Below the pieces are notes generated by a model. The model saw only the letters and a program-made list of their open reading frames with translations, made no database searches and was not told the origin of the DNA. A DNA stretch of 64,000 nt from Eledone cirrhosa (Eukaryota): positions 293,942,001 to 294,006,000 of the forward strand of contig OZ024743.1 in NCBI GenBank assembly GCA_964016885.1, read 5' to 3'. Positions 50,172 to 64,000 of the stretch are shown here, piece by piece. The stretch's first letter is position 1; every line of letters begins with the position of its first letter. The translations under genes and the position numbers were made by a program.

Positions 50172-50630
50172 TGGCGGACATGTATATATATATATAATAT
50201 ACATTCTCACAAACACTGGTATACATGTACGTACGTTAGCAGGTGTTATGTATCGATAAGTTTTGTTCTGTTTATGGCTTATTGTTCAAGAATTTTGACA
50301 AATTTCGAGTGAAAGTTATCATATCCCCTCGTTATGAAAGTATTTACAGAATTCTTTGAATACGTTAATCTCAAATATTGCGAAGATAGGAACAATATTT
50401 CTAAAGCTGCAACGCAATACTATTCTAATTATATCTACCTTTCACATTGGCTCTTTTATAGACATTCTTAAATGTGTGCATATATAATAATAATATGTAT
50501 ATATATCTATATATCTATATATCTATCTATGTATACATATAAAATAATAATATGTATATATATATGATATATAATGTGGGTGGGTATGTATTATATGTTA
50601 TACATCTCTCTCTTTTTATCTCTTTATATG

Positions 50631-50695
<65 letters not shown>

Positions 50696-50765
50696 AATGT
50701 ATTATATACACTTGAATAATAGATAAATAAATATATATATATGTATACCATACATACACACACAT

Positions 50766-50817
<52 letters not shown>

Positions 50818-53441
50818 TACGTTTCGATATATATATGTCTGTGTGTGTGTGTGTGTGTGTGTGTTTGTGCAAGGGTATATTATGAAGATGTGAAAACGTA
50901 TGTATGTAGATGAGTTTCCGATATCGTTACATATCCAAAAGATGATTGGAGCTTTTGGTATTAACATGGCATTATATATGTTGTCTATGTATATGAGTGT
51001 TTGTATGAATGTGCGAGGGCGTAAGAATCAGAGATCAATGTGTAATTCTTTCATCTTCTTTATTGATATTGGATCCCCTCTCATGAATATCATGTTATTT
51101 TCGTCATCGTCTATGAGTATCACCATATATTGTTTAATACAGCTAGTTATTAAATATGCAGACATGAGGTTTTCTTTCTTACAATATACATATGATCGAT
51201 TAGAAATCTATTCCTCATCACTTTATCATTATAAGTGCTTAATCAAATTTAAATTTGAAAAGAATTTATTTTCCATTCCGGTATTCTTCATTTTATTTTC
51301 GCATTTTATTATCATCATTTGTCATTATTCGTTTTTTTTTTTCATTATCAAATCTAATTATTGATTACCCTCTGTATTTTTTGAAATTTAATTATTCCAT
51401 CATAGGTAATACACAAATTATTCGAAGTTGTATGAACGCTAGAAAGTTAATAACATTTTTATCAACAGGGTTAAATAGTTTCAAAGGGTTTCAAAAATCC
51501 ATATTCATTACTTCATGTCTTATTCAAGCATATTCGTTGTTTAGCATTTTTACTACAAAATTCACACATGAACACTTATTACGAGAATTATTATTGTAAG
51601 GCAAGGAATTGAAATATTTGTTCCACCTCTCTGCACTTTGAGTTCAGATATCATTAAGGTCACCTTTGCCTTTCCTCCTACCAGTCTGAGGTAGATTGGC
51701 GGAATTGATAAAGCTGTCGGACGAGATGCCTTCTATTGCTTGTTGCGTCACTGTGAGTTCAGAGTTCAAATCCCGTTTTGGCCTACGCGAGTGGTGCGCA
51801 TAATCTGTCATCGAATTCATCATCATAACTATCGTTTGCTGACTTTAGCGGAGTCATCTCTGTTGTAAGTATTCTATGATGATTAGCCCTCTCTCCAACA
51901 ATCTTTGAGGCTCCGAAATGAGTCTTGACACTGAAGCTACACAAATACGTGGACTCTATAGCTTTCGAACAAAACTACATAAAAATCTTCTGGTTATAGT
52001 TTATGTAACAATAATTAACTTCATTGTTAGCATTTTAAAATTTATTTTCACTTTCCTTACAAGTTTTCACTATGTATATAGAGAAATATATATTACTATA
52101 TTCCTCTCTTTCTTCTTCATTCCGCTGCCATTCAGTATACTCCTTGCTCATCTTATGTAGGCATATGATTTTTTCCCTTATCTAACCATGCATTCTATCA
52201 ACTGTCCCAAATATTTCATTTTCTTGAAAACCTCGCATTGAGCGAAACACATTACTACCTGTAACAAATTATTTTAATATAACGTCTCTTCCTTCCTCCC
52301 TCCCTCTCTCTATCTCACTCTTATACACACAACATCGCTCTCTATCTCTCTCTCTGGGGAGAGTTTATGCTACGATTTATGCCATGTAAATAAATTGTTT
52401 TTGTAGTGATTCTGTGATGTTTCAATAAACTACAACGTGAGTTTCTTACAATAAGCTGAAATTGTTTTTGAAATGCATTGAATGTAGAATTTATTGGAAT
52501 AGATTATGATCTATTGGGAATAAATAATCATCTCTAAATGTGGATTTTATTGAATCGAATTTTGTGCAAACTGGGTTACATTATCCTTTTACACAGATAA
52601 TTAAACGCAACATTTTACTGAAATATGATTTGAAATTTTAAAATACTGGAATATTTATGAGGTTAAATTTATTTGTAAATCAAATCAAATTAAAAATTCA
52701 AACTTTAAAATGATAAAAAATGAAATCTGAAATTTAAAACTGTTTTTTTTTGTCGAGTGGACACTCTGATTAAATACTCTAGCATGAAATTGTTAAAAAA
52801 TGGAATGTTGGACGATAAAAAAATAATGGAAAAATGTTCACGTTGCATGATTGTTTCGAATATGTACCGTATCGATCAAGTTAATAAGGACGAACGAAGT
52901 TAAATTGAAATAAAAGGAATAACAAAAATAACGATTAACATAGGTAATATATATATATGTATATACTCTGGAGCTTCATCTGCGTACTCAGAGGATCATC
53001 TTGTCTGATGTCTCTGCGAGCGCACAGGTGTAACTCCAGATTAACATAATAGCCATAATAAATAGCCACAAGAGCCATAATAAATGAATGAATATATATA
53101 TATATATATATATATTGATTGATTGACTTGAATAATGCCTCCATCTGTATGTAAGTCTCTATTTCTCTCTTCAGTTTTAAATTTAACTATTCGTAATATC
53201 CACATTTTTGTGAATATTTTTCTTCTGCGAATAGAAATGGCCAAACTCAACAAAGACACGTAGTGAGCTATTTTTGTAAGTTTCTAAAAACTATTTAGTC
53301 ATGAAGAGAAGGACGATGATGTTAAGTTAAGTAGGGTGAGAAATTAATTTTACCAGGCTAGTAAGTATAGCGAGATTTGAACTTAAAATGCACAAAACCC
53401 GAAATATTTTCACATGTTTCTCATTCATTATTAGAATTTTA

Positions 53442-53630
53442 GGGCGGTGAATTGGCAGCACGTTAGAGCGTCAGACATTATGCTTTACAGCATAGAGTTA
53501 TGGCCCTTTAGGTTCTGAGTTTTAATCCCGCCGAGGTTAACTTTTCCTTTCATCCTTACGGGGTCGATAAAATAAAGTACCAGTAATGCTCTGGGATAAT
53601 TGCTGGCCTTGTGCCAAAAGTAGAAACAAT
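53442..53630 (+). mobile_element. tRNA-derived Nin/Deu-core SINE with TSD
   Basis: Full head and core; direct repeat ATTATTAGAATT at 53427 and 53629. Confidence 0.85.
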
Positions 53631-54021
53631 TATTAGAATTGCACCAATATTCTGTCACTAAATTAAAGAATATCTTCTTGACATCACTATATTGCTACAA
53701 AAATAGAGCGAATGCTTGCGAAGCAACAGAAGGATGTAAAAACAAACTATTAATTTAACAGCTTGCAATGTTGGAAGATGGAAGAAAATCCAAAACTGTA
53801 AGCTAGCTTATATAGATTGTAATCTAAAGACTTTGCTCATGTTTTTCAACCAATGGAAGTATCAAATATGAAATACGTGTATGTAGCTATGTACGAAACA
53901 AGTACGTATGATATACTATCTGTCTATCTGTCTATATATCTATCTATTTTGTCTTGTATACATGCCACTTGCCTACGCACACACACAAACACACACACAC
54001 ACATACACACACACACACATA

Positions 54022-54085
<64 letters not shown>

Positions 54086-54190
54086 GTGTGTGTGTGAGTG
54101 TGTGGTTTTCCAAAGATATACGGAAGGAAACCAAAGTTAAATAAGGTACTCAAAACATTAGTACATTTTTTTTGTACAGTCATAACTATA

Positions 54191-54253
<63 letters not shown>

Positions 54254-54290
54254 CATACGTGCCTAAATACACACATGCACATATATACAT

Positions 54291-54338
<48 letters not shown>

Positions 54339-54790
54339 CTCTTTCTCTCTCTCACTCTATATATATATGTATATATATATGCATCTCTCTGTGTTGTTCA
54401 TCCTGTTTGTTTATCCCACTATATATCTGTCTTCTCAATTATCTCACTCTCGATGCATCTATCTATGTTTGTAAATCCTGCTAAATCCGTTCATTATTCC
54501 TATTCTATATGTGATGTAAAAGATTACTTGTATTCCTAGAGACTCACAGTGAAGATTTAATATAGTTCTATCTAACTTTTACTGTGACCTTCACTATTCT
54601 GTTTTTTTTTCTACTTTTCTCACTCACGTTTTGCTTTCAGATAGTTTTTCCTGTTCTTCTCATAGACTTTCTGTCTGTCTAGATACATATCTGTCTATAC
54701 TTCTAACCATTTCCTTCTCTATAACTTCACTGTAATTTTATGTATTTTTCACCATCTAGTTACCTGTCTACGTCTCTCACTCTCTCTCAC

Positions 54791-55615
<825 letters not shown>

Positions 55616-56313
55616 CGTATATTTATATATATATATATATATATAGAAAAAAAAGATGAAATCGAAAATGCAACTGGAGTCTTATTTAAAAAAATATATA
55701 TATATTTATTTGGTTCCTTTACCGGTTTCGCAGTTCTTCTGCTTTTCAAAAGTAGAGTTGTGATGGAGGTTCTGTGGTTTTTCTCACATCTGGTTGGTCT
55801 CTGAATGTTACTTGTTTTATATGGAAAAAGTGGCTCGAAATGCCAGGTTTTTCGAGAAGTAATTTGATTGGTTGGTCAATAATTATAATAAATTTCGCGC
55901 CAGTTCACGTTACAAAGTTCTTCAAACAAGGGGGGTGTCACAGGTTGTTTTTTCATATATGAGTGTGTGAATTTCTTTTTACTTATTGACAAAACTATAA
56001 CCCTACTAACAAAAACCGAAGATCCCCGAACACAAGGCAGGACCCGATCCGCCGATCACAACCCATACAAAATATATTCCAAAACCGTAGACCCCTGCCC
56101 ACACAGAGCCTGTTCCAAAACCGTAGATCCCAACCCAACAAAGGAACAAAATCTAGAACCCGGACTATCAACAAACCGAACCTCAATAACTCCGAAACTT
56201 CTATACAATACACACAACAACAGGGAAAATACCATTAGATATAATAATACCATTGAAAAAACATTCCAGAAAAATCATTTTTTAGACCAAGGCTACAGGA
56301 CCCACGACACCCG

Positions 56314-58418
56314 GTGGCACAAACCGATTTTGAAAAACCGAAAATAATCAACCTTACAAATACAAACCTCTCAGCCCAACAAGTAAAAGTTCTCTCCAAA
56401 GGACTGAAATTCACACCAAAACCACAATACTCTAACCCCAATGAGATAAATGACGATATCTCACACTTCTGTAGAAAATTACGTCTCACAGAGGAATTCT
56501 TTGACAAGGAGAATAACGACGAATCAATTGTACGGAATAAAAGCAGCTACAACCCAACAAAAGATAGAAACAGAGTTCTGGACAAATTTTGTGACCACAT
56601 AGCTACTTTCCCATACCATGAACTACCACAACCTAAACCCAAACCCAACACGAGTCGAAGGGAATGGGAGATTATCCATGAACTAAAAAACAATACGGAC
56701 ATTATAATTAAGGAAGCGGACAAGGGAAGTACTGTTGTCATTATGGAGGCTGAAAAATATAAAAATTCTATGTTATCTCTCTTACAAAATACTAATTACT
56801 ATGAAAGAGTAAAAAACTACCAGCAATCAAAAACAATAACCAGATTAGACACACTGAAGACCTAACTAAAAAGGAACGCGATTATTTAACACATTTTGAA
56901 TACAAAACCAGCAACCTTTACGGACTTCCGAAGATCCACAAGTGTAAAATAATTAACGATGTCTGTAAACAATCCACCTCAACCTGCGTGAAGACACGAT
57001 ACCCCACAGACCTTAACATAAGACCAATTGTAGCGGGCCCACAATGTGAAACACACAGACTGAGCAACTTTATAGACATACTACTAAAACCAATTCTCAA
57101 ACACATACCAAGCCTTGTAAGAGATGATCTGGACCTCTTAAACCACCTCCCCAAACATGTCAACAACGACACTATTATTGTGTCTTTCGATGTAGTGAAT
57201 CTCTACACAACGATCCCACACCAATACGGACTGAAGCAATAGGATTCTGGCTACAGAAATATCCCAATGAGATACCTGACAGAATAGAAAAAAGCTTAAT
57301 CTCCAACGGATTAAAATTCATCTTACAGAACAACATTTTTGATTTCGATGGCAGTACTTACAAGCAAATATCGGCGACTGCGATGGGTACAAAATCCGCT
57401 CCAAATTATGCCAACTTAGTCATGGCATACTTAGAAGTCCAGATATATGAACAGTCCAAATCAAAATACGGATTGAACTTCCACAAATATTTATCAGAGA
57501 ATTGGAAACGCTACTTGGAGGATTGTCTCATACTTTGGTCCCACACACTCGACCAACTGAAGGATTTCAAAAACTTAATAAACGGCATCAATGACCACAT
57601 CCAATTCACAATGGAATACAGCCAAGATCAACTCCCATTTCTGGACATCTTAATCTTAAAAAAAGACACAAATATTGAAACTGACATCCACTACAAACCA
57701 ACAGATTCCAAACAATACCTGCTATTCACCGCCAACCATCCAAAGCACACGAAGACGAACATTCCCTTTAACCTAGCAAGAAGAGCTTGCACAATTGTTT
57801 CCAATTATGAAACGCGAAATAAAAGACTTCAAGAATTAAAGGAATTTCTACTCGAAAGAGAGTACCCACCATTACTAATAAATAATGGAATAGAAAGGGC
57901 TAAAGCAATAGGCATTGATGAATTACGAAGACAGAAACAAATTCAAGGTACGTCCAATATTCTATCATATATCTCAACATACAACCCAAGAAATGCGGAT
58001 GCTTACAACACTATTCACAAGAACATCCCACTACTAAAACAAAACCCAAGAATGAAAAAAGCCCTCGAAACACACAAAATAATCAAAAGCAAAAGACAAC
58101 CGAAATCACTGGAAACATTACTCACCAATGCCAAATTACCCACCACAAACACACAACCAACTGTCAAAAAATGTGGTCGTTCTAATTGTGGAGCCTGCAC
58201 TCAGAAACAGAATGACGGTTCATCGCCAACAATTACGAGATCCAACCATGAGACAGATACCACTAAGCGCACATCTAGACATATGCGCAAGTAATAAGAC
58301 ACCCAAATTCCAAGTCTTCCCATTTTACCTTTGCGCTAACAATACAACAGAACAAATACGAATACATAAGGAAAATATGTTTATTCAAAAATATAGACCA
58401 GCATTAAATATGGTTTAA
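56314..58418 (+). pseudogene. Penelope RT ORF, frameshifted, with GIY-YIG core deleted
   Basis: IINLT...LSKGLKFTP, ADKGSTVV, YGLPKIHK, IRPIVAG, SFDVVNLYT, MGTKSAPNYANL, RYLED (DD degraded), LPFLDI; CGRSNCGAC jumps straight to LRNRMTVH. Confidence 0.9.
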
Positions 58419-58915
58419 TATACATTATGTCAACACCATAACATGCTAACCATCCAAACAGACACATACACACACACATAACACCTTCTACTTTAGAAAA
58501 TAAAAACCCGAACTAAATAAACCTTAACATACGTTTGCACTGACAATACAACAGAACAAATACGAATAAGTAAGGAAAATATGTTCATTCAAAAATATTC
58601 CTACTAAAGGAATCGTTTTCCTACACACATCCACACACACACAATATATATATATATATTCTCTTCATTTTAACATGCTAACCATACTCCCACACACATA
58701 ACACCCATACACACAAAATAACCCCCACCCCTATACACACAACTCCTTCCCCCATTTCTTCTAATAGAATCACTTTCCTACACACATATATACACACACA
58801 AAATATATATATTCTCTCCATCTTAACATACTCCCACACACACACACACACACATAATACCAAAATACACACACACACAACTCCCTCCCCCTTCTACAAA
58901 TAGAATCATCTTCCA

Positions 58916-58966
<51 letters not shown>

Positions 58967-59833
58967 CACACAAATAAACATACACACCTTTACTTGCTTT
59001 ACTTCAATAGAAAATCTGAATTCTGACACCCCAGCGAACTAACCATATTCACTGAACCAGAACAATTCTCCCATCCAATTTCTCTTGACCATTATCTTCT
59101 GCTTGTCAAAAAATTCTCTAAAAAGGCTACAGAATAGATTTCCAAATAAGGGCGCGAAAATTTGATGAAAACTTGTTCACCGTGACAGCCATAATTTCAT
59201 TTATAACCAATCAAATTACGTTTATTAAAAAAAAGGCTTCGTGAGCCCCCCCCCCCTTTTTTAAGTAAAAAGAAATTCAAACACACACACACAACACACA
59301 CACACACAAGCACACAAATAAACATACATATCTTTACTTTCTTTATTCAATAGAAAATCTGAATTCTGACACCCCAGCGAACTAACCATATTCACTGAAC
59401 CAGAACAATTCTCCCATCCAATTTCTCTTAACCATTATCTTTTACTTGTCATAAAATTCTCTAAAAAGGTTACAGAATAGATTTCCAAATAAGGGCGCGA
59501 AAATTTAATGAAAACTTGTTCACGTAACAGCCATAATTTCATTTATAACCAATCAAATTACCTTTATTAAAAAAAAGCCTTCGTGAGCCCCCCTTTTTTT
59601 AAGTAAAAAGAAATTCAAACACTCATATATGAAAAAACAACCTGTGACCCCCCCCCCCCCTTGTTTGAAGAACTTTGTAACGCGAACTGGCGCGAAATTT
59701 ATTATAATTATTGACCAACCAATCAAATTACTTCCGAAAAGCCTGGCATTTCGAGCCACTTTTTCTATATAGAACAAGTAACATTCAGAGACCAACCAGA
59801 TGTGAGAAAAACCACAGACCCTCTATCTCAACT

Positions 59834-59875
59834 CTACTTTTGAAAAGCAGAAAAACTGCGAAACCGGTAAAGGAA
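59834..59875 (+). ncRNA. Hammerhead ribozyme, U3/A8 core variant (inverted copy 55714-55756)
   Basis: CTT-TTGAAAA-GCAG AAAAA CTGC-GAAAC-CG-GTA|AAG; palindromic ACCGGT stem III; short stem I. Confidence 0.65.
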
Positions 59876-60007
59876 CCAAATAAATATATATATATTTTTA
59901 AATATAAGACTCCAGTTGCATTTTCGATTTCATCATTTTTTCTTTATACTTTCACTCGTGTAGGACACCTCGGTTATTTTTTATTTTGTAAAAAAACCTC
60001 ACTTTCT

Positions 60008-60053
<46 letters not shown>

Positions 60054-60058
<5 letters not shown>

Positions 60059-61168
60059 GTGGATGAATACATCAACAGGTACGATGTACTTGTAGAAATA
60101 TTCAAGTTGTTTATAATACTTGTGGTTCAATGGTACTAATTCGAGATACCAGAACAATATAAAAAGTAGTGAAGCAAGCGGTTATCAAACAATTCTCTAA
60201 ATAAATTAAAAAACGATTTAAATAATCACCTGTTCCATTGCTGTTACCGACGGTTTCATCATTCCAAAAGATTGGAAATCCAGAGAATTTCCAATGGAAA
60301 GAAATTAATATTCAGACAGCCTATTTCCACACCATAAGGTTGCAAGCCCCATAGTAAGTAAATATTTTGCTCCCTGCCCAACGCATGCGGTCAAGCCGTT
60401 AAAATGACACACGCGCAAAATCAGGTCGCTGATAATAGCTGTATATTATAAACATGTTGATATTGCCACTAAAATTAGCAGCATTATTCAACGTTTTGTT
60501 CTCTACATAAGAAGAAAAATTATAGAAGTGGATGAATACATCAACAGGTACAATGTACTTGTAGAAATATTCAAGTTGTTTATAATACTTGTGGTTCAAT
60601 GGTACTAATTCGAGATACCAGAACAATATAAAAAGTAGCGAAGCAAGCGGTTATCAAACAATTCTCTAAATAAATTAAAAAACGATTTAAATAATCATCT
60701 GTTCCATTGCTGTTACCGACGGTTTCATCATTCCAAAAGATTGGAAATCCAGAGAATTTCCAATGGAAAGAAATGAATATTCAGACAGCCTATTTCCACA
60801 CCATAAGGTTGCAAGCCCCATAGTAAGTAAATATTTTGCTCCCTGCCCAACGCATGCGGTCAAGCCGTTAAAATGACACACACGCAAAATCAGGTCGCTG
60901 ATAATAGCTGTATATTATAAACATGTTGATATTGCCACTAAAATTAGCAGCATTATTCAACGTTTTGTTCTCTACATAAGGAGAAAAATTATAGAAGTGG
61001 ATGAATACATCAACAGGTACAATGTACTTGTAGAAATATTCCTCTGGATTTCCAATCTTTTGGAATGATGAAACCGTCGGTAACAGCCATGGAACAGGTG
61101 ATTATTTAAATCGTTTTTTAATTTATTTAGAGAATTGTTTGATAACCGCTTGCTTCGCTACTTTTTAT
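60054..61168 (-). mobile_element. Retrozyme-like tandem array: 469-bp monomer x2.1 plus a 127-bp inverted arm, between (TA)n tracts
   Basis: Units start at 60054, 60523 and 60992; 61042-61168 is inverted; one HHR-like fold per unit (60240-60321, 60709-60790). Confidence 0.8.
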
Positions 61169-61189
61169 ATATATATATATCTATCTATC

Positions 61190-61349
61190 TAAGGCGGGTA
61201 AAATTCCCGAGATCCATGGACGAGTTCTCTCCAGCGGTCTCTGTCCCTCATTATCGCTGCCATATCCTGCATCTCCAACAGACCAGTGTCTGTCCTTAGG
61301 GCATCAACATATGTTAACCTTGGTCTTCCTCTTCTAGTGTGTCCATGTA

Positions 61350-61351
<2 letters not shown>
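61190..61351 (-). mobile_element. RTE-type LINE 3' fragment (different family)
   Basis: [23 protein letters not shown]...[11 protein letters not shown]...* followed by (TAGA)n. Confidence 0.75.
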
Positions 61352-61417
<66 letters not shown>

Positions 61418-61418
61418 G

Positions 61419-61474
<56 letters not shown>

Positions 61475-61476
61475 CC

Positions 61477-61538
<62 letters not shown>

Positions 61539-61539
61539 C

Positions 61540-61580
<41 letters not shown>

Positions 61581-61582
61581 CC

Positions 61583-61653
<71 letters not shown>

Positions 61654-61654
61654 G

Positions 61655-61705
<51 letters not shown>

Positions 61706-61709
<4 letters not shown>

Positions 61710-62547
61710 TAAAATAACAGATTAAAGTTTAAGCAAAGAATCGCTGCTTTCACCCTTAACGGGATCTTCTGAAACTCAGAAATGAATATTTCACAAAGAA
61801 CGGGAATAAATGAATATAATTATTTGGAGCGGTGAAAAACAATTACACGCAAAGACATAACCACGTTTATGGTATAAAAGAAGTCGTAGACTAATATTCT
61901 ATTAGGTAGTTCATAGAGACGTTCTCTAGCAATGAACGGAAAAAACGAATACAAATGTCATATGTGGAGCGGGGAGAACAATTGCACGCAAAGACAAAAC
62001 CACGTAAATGGTATAACTGAAGTCGTAGGCTAAAATTCTAACTAGGAAACCAAATGTTAAGAATAAAGTAAATAAAATACAGAGGTAATTGAAATTAAAT
62101 AAATACATACACGCATCCATATACGTACATACACAAGCATACAAATACAAGCACGTAAAAAAAAAAAAAAAAAAAAAAAAACCCGCACGCACATACAGAA
62201 CCCACGCAACGCCTGTACCCGCAAGCATACGAATGTATACACCAAATACACATAAAAATATATATTAAAAAAAAAATATATATATATATATATGTGTGTG
62301 TGTGCGTGTATACATATAATTAAATAAACGTATATAAATAAATAAATACGTATATAACAAGCGCACACACATACCTACATGTAAATACACATATGTTCGG
62401 AGACGCACGTCAACCAAAACACAAAGTACACATATACACACACCCTACATACGTACGAACCCGCATACTCTATGGTTCTTATATATTTGATATATATTTA
62501 TCCTTATCGAGCCCTCTTTGGATTTTAGTCTTCAAATTTATTATTAT

Positions 62548-62552
<5 letters not shown>
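61706..62552. mobile_element. Longest family X copy (~845 bp, non-coding) between (TA)n tracts
   Basis: Same left end (TTATTAAAATAACAG) and right end (AAATTTATTATTATTACT) as 25068-25350; HHR-like fold at 61726-61776 (-). Confidence 0.75.
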
Positions 62553-62586
<34 letters not shown>

Positions 62587-62632
62587 ATGAGAGAGAGAGA
62601 GAGTGAGAGAGAGAGGGAGAGAGTGAGAGAGA

Positions 62633-62694
<62 letters not shown>

Positions 62695-63322
62695 GAAAAA
62701 TAAAGATAGGTATTTATTAGTTTATCTGTTTGTTTACTAGTAACCTCACCATGCCCTGTTTGTGTGTATTATCCCAGAAACATATATTTATATGAATTAA
62801 CTATATTTTACACAAATTACTTTAAACGGTGCTGATAATCTTCTTCATTTGAGAATGTTGATTACTCAGTATTGTTACTTCCAAACAATTTCTAAGTCAA
62901 GAGATATACGTAAAATATACAAAATATATACATAAAAATATAATTTGAATCTAACATTTTATTTTTATCTTCTGGAAAATGGTATTTATTTTGTAAAACA
63001 CTGTACTCATTTACCTAGTTGCTCGAAATCAATTAGCTTTTTAATCAGTAAACTTTTCCAGTGATTTGTACGCATAAAATGATCTTTGTAAGTACAAAAT
63101 GATTTTTCGTTAGGCTTTTTCTCCCAGGAGCTAAAAAGTAATCAAGAAAACATCCATTAGTTTATGACCTTCTTTAAAAATTAAGTTTACTTGCATATAA
63201 CCAGGCCCAAATTTCGCACACACACAGAGCATGACATGCATGTGTATATAAGCGCCGAAACATCTATGATCTGCGGTTTACAGCTGATGAAGGATTTCTT
63301 CTCCTTTTTCGTCTATATTACC

Positions 63323-63445
63323 ATCTTAAACTTTGTTTACAGTAACCACACAGCTCGTTTCGTTTCTTGTAATTTTTTATATATATATATATAAAATTAC
63401 AAGAAACGAAACGGGCTGTGTGGTACTGTAAACAATGTTTAAGAT
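63323..63445. repeat. ~53-bp inverted repeat centred on a (TA)n spacer
   Basis: 63323-63376 is the reverse complement of 63393-63445 with few mismatches. Confidence 0.8.
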
Positions 63446-63446
63446 C

Positions 63447-63581
<135 letters not shown>

Positions 63582-64000
63582 TGTGTGTGTGTGTGTGTGC
63601 ATGTGTGTGTGTGCGCGTGTGTGTATTCCCGTTTAGTTTTTCGGAAATTGCTAGAAGAAATGTGTGAATAAATCACCTAGTCGTCAATAATGCATATAAT
63701 ATTTGATATGAAACAGGAGACATACATTTTAATAGATAGTTTGTGCTCCTGGACATTTGATAGTTATGAAATGTTGTTCGAGAACATGGTTTTCAAAAGA
63801 CGACCTCATGGACAGAATTGTTCACTAAATTTATGTTTATCGAACGACAAAGATACCTGACTAGTTCTTAGGTCAAAACGCTTTGGTGTCAATAAACCAA
63901 CTAACCTAGTATAATCTAGTATAATCAACACATGCCGTAAACTGGCATGAACGAACTAATATATAAGGCGAATTGGCACATTGTTTTTTAATCGTCATAT

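Larger units (their letters stand above)
55646..60010 (+). mobile_element. Penelope-like element (Neptune/Poseidon-like RT) with ~340-bp inverted pLTR
   Basis: Arms 55646-55985 and 59600-59945; tail 59949-60010; (TA)n flanks; ~330-bp tandem duplication in the 3' UTR (58960-59610). Confidence 0.9.

Noticed and set aside
50900-51364. 154-aa ORF as a host exon
   Set aside because: AT-rich composition, no recognisable motif or splice context.
60054-61041. CRISPR array or LTR pair
   Set aside because: Whole 469-bp units repeat with no unique spacers, no TG..CA ends and no internal gag/pol; eukaryotic context.
63250-63315. Hammerhead at CTGATGA 63284
   Set aside because: No downstream GAAA, and the type II alternative needs bulges in all stems.

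Overview
AT-rich, microsatellite-dense animal genomic DNA made almost entirely of transposable elements. The repeat repertoire suggests a cephalopod such as Octopus, but that is inference. No host gene is recognisable. (1) 1-15,770 is a nest of five non-LTR retrotransposons in one (TAA)n/(TTA)n tract: two head-to-tail Tx1/L1-clade elements (one full-length with intact ORF1 and ORF2), two 5'-truncated R4/Dong-type RLE elements in the opposite orientation, and a rearranged third Tx1. The Tx1 copies have near-identical ORF2 starts but three clearly different ORF1s. (2) 19,500-62,600 holds at least four Penelope-like elements (two Naiad-type) and many small non-coding elements. These sit at (TA)n tracts and share one architecture: a tail-less inverted arm plus a tail-bearing arm. 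Most carry minimal hammerhead ribozyme (HHR) motifs, including U3/A8 and other core variants. Two look like retrozymes (a 469-bp tandem monomer and a circularly permuted ~430-bp monomer). (3) Also present: a near-intact RTE LINE with one nonsense codon, a decayed hAT transposase, Helitron termini, CRE-like fragments and tRNA-derived SINEs. All alignments and RNA folds were done by eye, so boundaries are approximate.
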